Shown here one piece after another: positions 1-11,083 of a DNA stretch of 29,993 nt. The stretch comes from Azolla caroliniana (lineage: Eukaryota > Plantae > Polypodiophyta), in assembly GCA_043228905.1 (NCBI GenBank), contig JBHGNT010000382.1:1-29993 (forward strand), written 5' to 3'. A program made the position numbers and the translations under genes. The notes below the pieces were generated by a model that saw nothing but the letters and a program-made list of their open reading frames with translations, was not told where the DNA came from and searched no databases. How positions within the stretch are numbered: the stretch's first letter is position 1; the number at the start of each line of letters is the position of its first letter.

Positions 1-744
1 ACGGATCGGCAAGTTGCCGACATCTTCACCAAACCACTCGGATCAGACAAGTTGCATCACTTCACTGAAATGCTTGGTGTTCAGCATCTCGATGTGCCAC
101 ACTTGAGGGGGAGAACGAGCAAAGACACCGGAACAGGCAAAGGCAAAGAAACTGTCGATTGTGCCGGTGAGGGAAGAACCGACAAAGGGGGAGACAAGAA
201 GAAGGAAGGAGACGAGTCGACAAAGGAAGTTGACACATCCGAACATGTCAGAATAAGCGGCAACGACGATAGAGTCAAGAAGGACAAAGCCGACCGAAAG
301 AAGATGGCCAAGACCCGGACATGGTCTGATGTGGTGAAGGGCCTGGAACCAGAAGACGAATCTGGAGCAACCGATTCGGACAAGAGCTGGAACAAATCGG
401 AGATAGCCGATTCAGTTAAACAGACAGATTCAGAAGAACCGGATCAATTCAAGGCCAAGAGGACGAGAAGACAGCGAAAGTCGACGCCAACACGAAGGAA
501 TCGGCGAATCGGCAAGTGCCGAAGTCACAGCAGCGAGGGAGCTGAATTGGGCCTGTTGAGCAGACAAGCCGACCGAGGAGGTCCAGGTGCGCAGAATCAG
601 AAGGGTCGCGGCAACCGGGAGCGCACTGGACGAGGAACGCGAGCGAGGCGGAGTGACGCCAAAAGGAGCCAGGTGGAAGAACCGGCTCCCATGGAGAGTA
701 GCACTACGATCCGACCTCAAGTTGAGCTTGAGGGGGAGTGTTGA
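1..744 (+). CDS. pol: 3' end of Ty1/Copia pol (element A): RNase H C-terminus plus about 210 aa of charged in-frame extension
   Basis: Frame 1 reads TDRQVADIFTKPLGSDKLHHF, the Copia RNase H ADxFTKPL motif. It stays open to ...QVELEGEC*, with the stop TGA at 742-744 lying inside the LTR start TGTTGA. Confidence 0.85.
   Translation, partial: TDRQVADIFTKPLGSDKLHHFTEMLGVQHLDVPHLRGRTSKDTGTGKGKETVDCAGEGRTDKGGDKKKEGDESTKEVDTSEHVRISGNDDRVKKDKADRKKMAKTRTWSDVVKGLEPEDESGATDSDKSWNKSEIADSVKQTDSEEPDQFKAKRTRRQRKSTPTRRNRRIGKCRSHSSEGAELGLLSRQADRGGPGAQNQKGRGNRERTGRGTRARRSDAKRSQVEEPAPMESSTTIRPQVELEGEC
727..738 (+). other. Polypurine tract of Copia A
   Basis: CTTGAGGGGGAG immediately precedes the LTR start TG at 739. 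An identical 12-mer occurs at 102-113. Confidence 0.85.
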
Positions 745-1171
745 GCAGCAAGCTCGACCGGATCCGGATCGGCTGAATAAGCCTGAGCCGGATCAACATC
801 CGAAAGGATGAGCCAGATCGGTGAGCCGGTGAGCAAGCAACCCAGTGAGCTGGGGAGCCGGTTAGCCGGATCCAACAGTAACCAGAAGCCTAGTAGCAGC
901 CTAGACTACTAGGTAGTTAATGTCTCGTAGTTAGTGTCAGACGCTCGTGTGATCATTGAAGTACATAGTACCTTTGTCAGTCCTCTTAGGACTTATATAA
1001 ATAGTGATGTTGAGCATGTTGTATGTACATAGTTTTAGAGTTATTTTGAATAGAGTTTTATGTTCTGCTCTTTCTTTGTCTCTCCTGTGTACCCTTTGTG
1101 CGATAATCTCTCTCTCTGTTGCTACCCGGCTAGGCCGGTTTGTTTGACGCTTCCGCACATAATCTTTTACA
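739..1171 (+). mobile_element. 3' LTR of Copia A (about 433 bp)
   Basis: TGTTGAG...TTTACA termini, the same as Copia B read on its own strand. It follows the PPT, has a TATA-like TATATAAATA near 994, and Gypsy LTR sequence resumes at 1172. Confidence 0.8.
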
Positions 1172-1449
1172 ATTATGTTAAGGGAATATTCAATAGTAGC
1201 TAGGAGGCTTAAGACTGGCGTTGAACCGATTTGGTTCGAAATAATGCCTTGTGCCTCCTTTTATAGTGTTGTCAGGAGTACTCCTGAAATTTCTAGAATG
1301 TTCTAGAGAAATATGGAATATACTTCAATTTTCTATAGTAAAACCTAAATGAAAATAATATCCTTCATATTACAACATATAGTTTAATGGTCAAGAGCTT
1401 GACCCATGTAACATAAGGTCATGGGTTTGAGTCTTGCTATATCATGACA
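1172..1449 (-). mobile_element. Partial 3' LTR of an older chromovirus copy, interrupted by Copia A
   Basis: Clearly homologous to about 19620-19891 (GAGGCTTAAGACTGGCGTTGAACC, GTGCCTCCTTTTATAGTG, terminal CATGACA). It is followed by a decayed PPT complement. Confidence 0.9.
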
Positions 1450-3650
1450 CTATCTTGCCTTTAAAACGATGGAAGTATTCAAGAAGAGCACGAGCATTGG
1501 TCACATTCTCTATTGGTTCCCAAGTACGCTTGATGGGACTATATCCTAGCCAATCGACTAAATTGTAGAGCTTGTTGCGAACAATCTTGGAATTGAGGAT
1601 GGCGGCAACCTCGTACTCAGGTCCATAGTCAAGCTCGATCGGGGGTGGAGGTTGTTTAATACGACCTGTGATGGTGCTGTCTTGATAGGGTTCGAGGAGA
1701 GAACTATGAAACACCAAATGTATCCAAAGTTGTGGAGGTAGATCGAGTCGAAAAGTGACATCATTAATTTTTCCGATAATACGGAAAGGACCTAATCGCC
1801 GGTAATCCAACTTCTCGCATCGCATGGGTGAGTAGTCTTGATGTGTCGTCATAGTAGCCACACCTGATCTCCAATGTCAAAACTGGATGGAAGTCGATGA
1901 CAATCCACGCAAACCTTGTGTGTTTGTTGAGCTTGTTGTAGATGAGTAGATAAATCCGCTTGTATCTTACGTAGCCGCTCCAAATGATCCTCTGCAGAAG
2001 GATTTGTAGGTAACTCTAGGGTTTCAAATACACACAACCGGGGGTGACAACCCTTGTAAGCATAAAATGGTGTCACCTTTGTCGATGAGTGGACAGAGTT
2101 ATTATACGCAAATTCGGCGAAGTGGAGAATATCCACCGAGTCATCTTGATGATAGCTTAAAAAGCACTGAAGATACTGCTCCAACGTTTGATTTGTTTTT
2201 TCTGCTTGGCCGTCTGTTTGCGGGTGGTAGCCGGAGGAGAGGTTACAAGTGACCTTAAGCATTTTAAAGAGGTGCTTCCAGAACTTCGAGACGAATTGGG
2301 GTCCACAATCGCTGATGATACTATTGGTAAGGCCATGATGCCGACATACTTCACGCATGACAATTTCATCGGTTTCTTCACTGGAGATTTCCTTAGTACA
2401 TGGCAGGAAATGGGCCATCGTCGTATATCGATCTATGACTGTTAAGATCGCATCGAATCCCTTAGAGACCGGAAGATCTGTGATGAAATCTAGGGCAATG
2501 GATTGCCATGGCTTGCTTGGAATTGGTAATGGTTCTAATAAACCGTATGGACTATGCCTTGGCATTTTTGCTCTCCAACATGTATCACAAGTCCGAACAA
2601 AATCTTCGACAAATTGTCGCATATGGGGCTACCAGAAGGATCCTTGTACTAAATCTAGTGTTTTAGTACTACCAAAATGCCCAAGTGTGTATGTGCCATG
2701 ACAATTTTGGACTTCTTGAAGGCGATAAGTACCATTGGGAACATACAAGAGTTTCTTAAAGAATAGTAATCCATCATGACATTCGAATTGTCAATAGTCC
2801 ATACCTGGTTGTTGTTCTGTGAACAAGATGCTCGAGAGGGATCAATTTGTGTTAGAATGGCTTGAGCGAAAACATCTGTCTTCAAGTCCTCACGTATGGT
2901 ATCGATAACGTGGGAATCCAAGGGCATACCGAAGACCTGCGTTGCTTGCAGTCGTGCCGGTCCCAAGATTACTTGCTTTTGGTTATCGAAAGCTGGCTCG
3001 CCGGGACGCAGTGCTAGATACGAACGCCGTGATAATGCATCTGCCTTCCCTTGTTACTTCCCCAGACGATATGTAATTTTGAAGTCGAAACGAGTGAGGA
3101 ATTGGGCCCACTGATCTTGACGTCGATTTAACACACGAGCATTCTGAAAGTAGGCAAGGTTTTTGTGATCATTGAATACGATGACTTGATGAGAAGACCC
3201 CTCTAGAAAATGCCTCCATTGAGTAAAAGAGTCCACTATTGCTAATAGCTCTTTATTGTGAATTTCATAGTTGATTTCCACGACATCAAACTTGTGTGAA
3301 TGGAATGCCACAGGATGTAGCTTTTCATCATCGCCTTGTTGAGATAGAATGCTACCCAAGATGAAATTCGACGCGTCTGCTTCAATGATGAATGGTTTTT
3401 CTGGATCAACATGAGCTAAAATAGGAGCTGATGTAAATTCCTTTTTAAGAATCTCAAAAGCAATGTCCGCTTCTTCAGATCAAACGAACGATTTTCCCTT
3501 CCTGGTAAGTTGTGTGAGAGGCAGAACAAGCTTTGAGTAATCCTATATGAACTTGCGGTATAAATTGACAAAGCCTAAAAAGCATTGCACATCTTGCAAT
3601 GAACGCGGAGTCTACCACTCTACCATCGTTTTGGCCTTAGCTGGATCCAT
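1450..3650 (-). pseudogene. pol: Degenerate Ty3/Gypsy pol fragment (end of RT, RNase H, integrase, chromodomain), truncated near 3650
   Basis: Broken ORFs at 3054-3359 (HPVAFHS, ELLAIV), 1849-2622 (LDFITDLP, YHPQTDGQAE) and 1442-1861 (LGPF, EYEVAAIL..LVDWLGY..TWEP) are colinear with the intact pol at 19903-22143. Confidence 0.95.
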
Positions 3651-3738
3651 CAATCATGATGTTGTTCATCATCAATCAAAGATCTTCATAAGAGAAGTGT
3701 TAGTTTTGTTCTGCATCTTGACGACCGTTTCCAACATT

Positions 3739-3750
3739 TGGTATTAGAGC
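3739..3750 (+). other. tRNA-iMet primer binding site (1 mismatch)
   Basis: TGGTATTAGAGC versus the canonical TGGTATCAGAGC, 2 nt after an LTR-terminal CA. Confidence 0.85.
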
Positions 3751-4646
3751 TTGACGTTTTTTTATTTTGTTGGTTGCCATCTTCTTTTCCTCATCAACAA
3801 CTCCTCCTTGTTACCCCGTAAAAGTCTTCTGGCTGATTTTGTTTGATAGAATAGACTCTGAGATTCCAATTGGTTTGAAATCTCCCATTCGACAACTTCT
3901 ACTTCCTGAGAAGCAATACCTAGAAAATCAACACTTCACTGAGCTAAATAACTCCTGAAGTAGGCTAGTCAGTTGTACTTCGCCTTTGTGATTGTAACTG
4001 CTTGAAGTGAGGTATTTCCATCGAGTCAACCATAAATCATGCTTCATCATGCTGGACGGCAATCGGTAAGGCCATCCGGCGATACCCACGCTCATCGTAA
4101 GCACTCGAAGCTGATTCAGTCCCATCAGGCCCTAGGAACAACCCACATTCGTGCTTCATTAAGCTAGAAGACATTCGGGAGGATCAATTGGCTCCATCTC
4201 TCTCATCGTTGTAGTCACCCAAACCTAGATCACCTTGGAAAACGGCACAAAGGTACATAATCTGTGATCAGTCTATAAAATCGGCAATCGAAATTAGACT
4301 GACAATTAACTGCACTCAATTCGACTAGATGATATTCGGGAAGACTAATCTGCTCTGTCCCTCCACTTGTCATAGTCACTCTGAGAAAGATTAGGACCCA
4401 AATTCCATCTGAAATCCAATCGACAATTAAATTGGCAAATTTAGGTTTAATTTGGCTAAAGTCAATCAACTACAGCCGATTCGACCCATCAACAATCGAA
4501 GCCGATTCCGCACACAACCCATCAACAATCGAAGCTGATTCGACCCATGTCCAAATCTGACTAGAATGATATAGGGCGAGCCAGTCGACAGCACCCCACC
4601 ACTGTTCGTAGTCCACTCCGGACAGAGCTTAGTCAACCGACACCGA

Positions 4647-5268
4647 ATGGTATCAACATTCGGCTCATCTGAGATGATTCTAAGGAAGTTCGACGAATCG
4701 AACTTCAAGTTCTAGAAGGAGCAGATGCAAGACTATCTTATAGTTAAGGGTCAGATTGACCCAATCGAGATTGAAAACGCTCCAAAAGGATACAACCCGA
4801 ATGAGTGGACAAAACTAGATAGAATTGTCCGCGCCAACATTCGGATGCACTTGTGGGAGTCAGTGTAGTTCACAATGCAATCATGTTCGACTACCTTACA
4901 ACTATGGAAGATACTCTCGGACACTTATGGAAAGAAGGTTGCCGCAACAAAGATATACCTAATCCAACGCCTCTACAACCTTCGGATGAAAGAACCTGAC
5001 CCAGTCCAAGCACACCTCAATGAGTATGAAAGCCTAAGCTCCCAAAGTTCGGCTCCGGGGACAACAATTGAAGACGAACTAGAAGCAGTGTTCCTAATGA
5101 GTAGTCTCCCCCATTCATGGGAAACTTTCGTCACAACTCTGTGCAATGCATCGACGACTATAGTAAAATACTCCAAAATCATAAGCTCAATCTTGACTAA
5201 AATAGCTAAGAGGAAATCATTTCCAAACAATTCAGCCAGTGATGCCTACGTAGTGCAAGGTTCAGTCG
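4647..5268 (+). pseudogene. gag: Copia gag pseudogene (element F)
   Basis: MVSTFGSSEMILRKFDESNFKF*KEQMQDY...RLYNLRM..LMSSLP.SWETF..AYVVQGS aligns with gag at 26103-27080 and has in-frame stops. Confidence 0.9.
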
Positions 5269-5284
5269 AGGGGGAAGTTCTTCC

Positions 5285-5542
5285 CGATTGACAACAAATC
5301 AACGGTAGAAATCCGGGAGGTTGTACCATGTACACTTGTTCCTCAAGTCGCCTTGCAAGAACGCATTCTTTACACCCATCTGATGTAGATGCCACCCCTT
5401 TTCCGTGGCTACAACCAATGACGATTGTCATCTTAGTGTCCAATGCAAATGTCTCATCTTAATCAATGTCGTGTTGCTGCACGTAGCCCTTGGCCACCAG
5501 TTGGGCTTTGTATTGGTTTACGGAGCTGTCAGTGTTGCAATT
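5285..5542 (-). pseudogene. pol: Copia E reverse transcriptase fragment (continuation of 17544-17782)
   Basis: The minus strand reads NTDSSVNQYKAQLVAKGYVQQHDID*DETFA...EEQVYMVQPPGF. This directly continues WVYKVN, which ends at 17544. Confidence 0.85.
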
Positions 5543-5718
5543 TGTTAGGAATATGTCCCTCCTATAGGTGCAGCCGACTGGTCGTGCCGAGTGCCGACAG
5601 TCGAAGACATGGAGAGTCAACTGGGGGAGTTGATAGTGGGAGAGTCCAAGTCGAAGACACGGCCGACTAGTCGGGCCGACTGCATAGTCGACACTAGAGT
5701 CAACTAGTCGAATCCCAT

Positions 5719-6654
5719 TGTCGTGAGGTAGGAAAGCTTCACATTAAAAGTCTACCATAAGATAAATACATAACTAAAATAAAAAGAATCTTGATAGTGT
5801 TTTATACATAAGGATCTTATGAACAAAAACACTATGATAATATTATACATTATATGTAGAGGCAAATAAAGAAAAATATTGTATTACATGAGCAAAAGAA
5901 GACTTGAACCGATAACCTCCACCTTATGAGCCTCAAACCTTACCATTTAGTCAACATTGATGATGCATATAAAAATATTGTTGTTTTATTTGAACTAGCA
6001 TTCTATAGTCTAAACAATGTAATGTACTACATGTGCAGCATATAGCACACATGCAAGAGCCACTCTACATGTGTGCCACATGGCCCACATGTAGAACCAT
6101 CCCATTCCTATAAAGGAGAAGGGAGTATAGTCACAGAGATATCAAGGAATCGAAATCGAAGAACTATATTGTATAAGATATCAATCAAATAAAATAGAAT
6201 TATATGGTAAGAAATATCATAAGAAAGGAGACAAGGAGGAAACTTCTTTATATACAATTTTTAAAGATAAGAGAAGAACTAGCTTGGCAGTTGTGGTGTT
6301 CAACTCACAACGAAAGGGCTCGAGGTTTGAGTATTTTTCTCATCGGAAGATAGATTCAGGGAAGATTGTGATCTACTATCAACAAAGAGAAGAGTGGTTA
6401 CCTTGTGAGACAAAGTGCAAAGGTTCAACGACCCTCACAACTATTTTGTAACTCTTTCATCTAATAATTATAAATTTCTTACATTCCCTCAAATATCATG
6501 TTACATCCTATCTTGTCATATCTCATTGATCTTTGTTCACTACATATCTACTGTTTTCGTCTCTTCCGTCTGAAATCCCAACGATTCCTTCCTCACTTTC
6601 ACGTTACCTTCTATCAGAGCAACGGTACGCTTCTGGGCGAGCCACGCCCTGACG
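5719..6654 (+). mobile_element. Probable solo LTR I (about 936 bp) with a 4-bp TSD
   Basis: It starts TGTCGTGA, like the LTR of element G on its own strand, and ends CCTGACG. CCAT flanks it at 5715-5718 and 6655-6658, a TATAAAGG box lies near 6109, and LTR H sequence resumes afterwards. Confidence 0.65.
5892..5958 (-). promoter_or_regulatory. Degenerate tRNA-Met-like segment with Pol III A/B boxes inside LTR I
   Basis: The minus strand reads TGACTAAATGG (A box) TAAGGTTTGAGG CTCATAA (Met-type anticodon loop) GGTGGAGGTTATC GGTTCAAGTC (B box), then TTCTTTT. The stems do not pair. Confidence 0.55.
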
Positions 6655-6947
6655 CCATCGGTTAAATAACTATTATTGTTATAGTAGGAATGACAGTAGT
6701 AGTGGCTACATTTATAAATAGCCCATATAGTGTACAAGTATAAATACACTTAAGGCAATCATATAGAATAAGAAGGTTGAATAGAACAGTTGTGTGAGCC
6801 TCTGTTGTAGAGTGCGATAGATAAGAGAGAGTGTGTGAGCGTGAGAGAGCGGCAACAAAGTTCTGTGAACTTGCTAAGAACCCTAAGCGGGTTATCCTTG
6901 TGTGTATTAGAGAAGATTGTAATCGTTTTCTGTATTCTCTTGTGTAT

Positions 6948-7399
6948 TGTAAAGAATCGATGGTGATTCTTGTGTAGTAGAAGAGATATGTGTTCTGTGT
7001 ATGTGTGAAAGGAATTAGAGGAGAGATGAGAGAACACAAAATAGATAGAAAAAGGAATACTAGAGAAGAAGGTGTATATTTCACAAGTAGAATAAGATTT
7101 AAAAAATGTAGCATAATCAGGAGTCACAACCAGCATAGTATGAAGTATGAGGAGGGTGCTTTATATAGAGTCACCCTCTCTCTTCATTAACTTTACAACA
7201 ACCACTCTCTCTCTTGGGGAATGTGAAGAATCATAGTCATGGGGAATATCTAACTCATTAGTTATGTGTCATAGAATATGATTCTATGACACATAGTTAA
7301 TGTGTAAAGCGTAGTGGTGTGACTCTTGACCTTTGAGTAATCATGGATTCTCAAAAGGTGTGTTCATACGTTGCACTATGTTGAGCTTGATTCTCAACA
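6948..7399 (-). repeat. 3' LTR of Copia B (452 bp)
   Basis: Direct repeat of 16948-17396 with TG...CA termini, adjacent to the PPT TTGAGGGGGCG. Confidence 0.95.
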
Positions 7400-7529
7400 C
7401 GCCCCCTCAAGCTCAACTCGTGTTGGTTCCTTTTGATTCGTGTCCGCTTCGACTAGTATCCAGTTCGGACGATCTCCATTGACCGCTTCGGCTTGTACCC
7501 GGTTCGGACGATATCTAGTTCTCGCTTGT

Positions 7530-10500
7530 ACTCCCCCTCAAGCTTGGCAAGTCAGGAATCGTCAATCCGAGGTCTGACATGAATTGCCGAAGTTTGTCGG
7601 CTCCTAAGGCTTTGGTAATGATTTGTGTTGATGTATTGAAGGTCGACATCTCTGGCTTGTACGCGCTCTCTAATGAAGTGATAGTGCACTTCAATATGCT
7701 TTGTGCATGGGTGGAACACTGGGTTCCGAGCCAGATATATATTGCTCATGTTGTCGCAGTAAATGGGAGTCGGATCCTTGATGGGGATGCCCAGATCCTT
7801 CAAAATCCTCTTGGGCCATACGACTTCACATGCAGCTACAACTGTGCCCTTGTATTCGGTCGGCCTCCGTACTCGAAAGTGCGACAATAGGCTGCTTCTT
7901 ACTACTCCAAGATATTGCTCCGCTACCGAGCGAGAAGACAAATCCGAAGGTCGATCATCGATCAGGTTTGTAGCCTGCCCAGTCCGAGTTTGTGTACCCT
8001 TCGAGTCGTATTGGTGTGGTCGATGCATAGAGAACGCTGTAATCCATTGTGTCGCTCACGTATCGTAATACTCACCTAGTGCAATCTAAGTGAATGCCAC
8101 GTGGTTTTTGCATGAATTGGTTAAGGATTCCGACTGGATAGCTAAGATCGGGTCGAGTGATCGTGAGATAGATGAGGCTCCCGATAAGTTGACGATATTG
8201 GGTCGGCTCGCAGTCGTCTGTGCCGGAGTCAGCATCTAGTTTGAAGTTTTGATCGAGAGGTGTAGCGACTGATTTGCACTCAACCATCGGGAACTTGTAT
8301 AACAAGTTGAGAATGTAGTGCCGTTAAGATATCATAATGCCGGTCAGAATCCGAATTACTTCGATGCCAAGGAAGTAATGGAGCTCCTTCATGTCCTTCA
8401 TCTCGAATTTTCCGGAGAGGAGGGACTTGACCATGTTGATGTCGACTAGAATTTCACCTCCAATGATCAGATCATCCAGGTATAGGATGATGACAATTAG
8501 GCTTCTAGAGTCGTGTCGTACGTAGAGGGAGTTGTCGGATTTCGACATTCGAAATCCGATTTGATGAAGATATTGCGTAATCTTCGAATGTCAAGCACGC
8601 GGTGCTTGCTTAAGGCCGTAGAGAGGCTTCTAGAGTTGGCATACGGCTTTTGGATGAATGTGTGATTTGAAGCTAGGTGGTTGTAACATGTACACCTCCT
8701 CGTCTAATTCACCTTGAAGAAAGGCGTTCCAGACGTCCATTTGGTGGAGGTGCCACCCTTTTGCCATTGCAAGTGCGATCACGGTCCGCACCGTTGTCAT
8801 CTTTGCCACCGGGGCAAAGGTTTCTTCATAGTCAAATCCATGTGTTTGTGCGTATCCTTTCGGTACGAGTCAAGCTTTATAGTGGTTGACGGAGCTGTCG
8901 GCATTATATTTCACCTTGTAGATCAATCTGCAACCAATTGCCTTCTAGGGCGGTGAGTGGGGAACGAGATCCCATGTCTCGTTCTTGCGTAGTGCACGCA
9001 TCTCCTCGTTCATTGCTTCGATCCATCGTGGGTCCTTCGCAGCTTCGGAAAAGGTTTCCGACTCCCGTACTGTTGCTACCTTCATCATAAAGGCATAATG
9101 GTACGCCATGTAATTGTTATAGCCGAATCGGCTTACGGGGTTCTTTTCACGGGTGGATCGACGGAGCTTCTTGTTTGCGGATACTATGGGTTTCTCCGCT
9201 CCATTTGTCCAGATCTCAAGGCCTTCGAACTCACTATCGAGGGAGTGAGTCGATTCGTTGCCGTCGAAGTGATCGTCTTCCGACTCCGGCATTTTCGCCT
9301 TCCCTTTTTCTAGCTTCGGACTCGGTCAAGATGTGCTTTGATCGCTTGAAGGCTCTTGTGGTTCACTCAGTTGGGTCGTGGTCGGACTTTCTTGGAACAT
9401 GCGCGTAAGGCGATATTCGGCTTCTATCTCTATTTCAGCGTATTCCGGGTCAAGCGGAACCAGGATGTGGACTCGTCGAAAATGACGTCTCGACTTACTC
9501 GAGATTTTCGATTTGAGGTATTGTAGCACTTGTACCCCTTTTGCTCCAGTAAGTATCCTACGAGGATACATTTCTCTTACTTTGGGTCGAGCTTTTGACA
9601 CTTCTCGTCGGGGAAGTGCACATACGCAATGGAGTTGAATATCCGGATGTGTGATAGATCCGGCTTCTTTCTGAAAAACTTTTCGTGCGGCGTGAGGTCA
9701 TGCACGCCAGATGTTGTACACCGATTCATGAGGTATACGGCCGTGTTAGCCGCTTCTGCCCAGTATGACTTCGGCACGTGCTTTTTGTTCATCGTGGCCC
9801 ATGCTACTTCGAGGATGTGCCAATTCTTTTGTTCGGCCAATCCGATTTGTTGTGGCGTATGTCGACACGAAAACTCTCGCCAAATTCCTTCTTTCCGTAG
9901 ATACGCCTTAAACTCATCCAAGAAATGTTCCTTGCTTCCATCTGACCAAAGAAAGCGTACATGTCAGTCCGTGGGTTTCTCTACTTCATTCTTGAATTTT
10001 TGGAAGTGTCCGAATCGGGTAGATCCAAGTGTGCCTAGAGAAGTCGTCGATAAAGGTCACGTAGTATCGGCATCCACCGAATGTCGCCGTCTGAGCCGGA
10101 CCCCATACGTCGGAATGAATTACGTCGAGCACGGCTTTGTTCACCTTGCACTCCTTTGAAAATGGGTGCCGATGTTGCTTGCCGAATTGGTAAGCGGCGC
10201 AGACGCCTTCAATCTCTTTCTCCGTGAATGTCAGGAGCCCAATCATGACTCCTTTTGATTGCATTGCCTTGAGTTTTTGGAGGTTGATATGGCCAATCCG
10301 CTTGTGCCATAACTCTATGTTGGAATTGGCTTTCATGCCCTTTGCGAACATGGCCGATTTCATCTTGTGTGATCGAGAATGAACATTTGGCCCTCTCTTC
10401 GTCCGCGAGCAATGAGTTGGCCCTCTTTTTCAATGAAGCAACCGCCTTGATTAAATTGTACTTGCATTCCTTGCTCTACAATTTGGCCGAAGCAAACCAA

Positions 10501-10730
10501 ACTCTTCGTGATAGTTGGTACATGCAAGACATTTTTAATATAAGTTTGCTTACCTTCTTCTCCGAACGGAACCTTGCCGATGTTCCGAATCAGGTGCGTA
10601 GTGTCGTGTCTGGTTTTGACATAGCCGGGTCGGTCCGGCTGTCGAAGTTCTCGGAACCTTTCTTGATGTGACATCATATGGTTCGACGAACCATACGTCT
10701 TTCGGACCGGAGGCACTAGTAGAAGTAGAG
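7530..10730 (-). pseudogene. pol: Copia B pol pseudogene (protease, integrase, RT, RNase H) with many frameshifts and stops
   Basis: Motifs include SNHM (PR), LWHKRIGH, IHSDVWGP, YYVTFIDDFSR, TPQQIGLAE (IN), NETWDLVP, LYLDDLII, TRPDLSY (RT) and YCDNMS..TKHIEVHYHFIRE (RH). Confidence 0.95.
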
Positions 10731-11083
10731 GCCGACATAAAATTCGCTCTATGTCTCATCACGAACATTCCGCCGTGATCGTCATAGTCGGATTTGATGG
10801 CGTATTTGATGAGTTGTCGGCTAGTGGAAACCGACTCGCGTATCTTCTTACGGCATTCTTCTTTGTGGTAATTGATTATTCCGCAATATCTGCATTCGAC
10901 TGAGCTTTGTCGGTTTGGACCGGAATGGAAGCTCCCCCTTCTTCCGAAGGTTCCTCAATGGCTTTCGTCTTGATGCCGAAATTGTGAGTTGTTTTCGTAA
11001 GTCGGGCCTGGTCCACCTCATCCTTGGCCGAATCGGCCTCTTCTTGCACTGTCGTGTCCTCCCGCACTCTTCTGAGTCACCCC

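Larger units (their letters stand above)
3651..5268 (+). mobile_element. 5' fragment of Copia F: LTR remnant, PBS, 5' UTR and partial gag
   Basis: The LTR end ...CCAACA is at 3736 and the PBS TGGTATTAGAGC is at 3739-3750. UTR and gag are homologous to Copia C. Confidence 0.85.

Noticed and set aside
114-744. Copia A extension as an envelope-like gene
   Set aside because: It is entirely hydrophilic, with no signal peptide or transmembrane segment, and is fused in frame to pol.
3660-3736. TGTTG...CAACA as a complete 77-bp mini-LTR
   Set aside because: There is no second copy, TATA box or TSD, and non-Gypsy sequence starts before the TG. A truncated LTR is the simpler explanation.
6612-6620. 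TATCAGAGC as a PBS
   Set aside because: It lacks the TGG, is not next to an LTR-terminal CA, and no internal domain follows.
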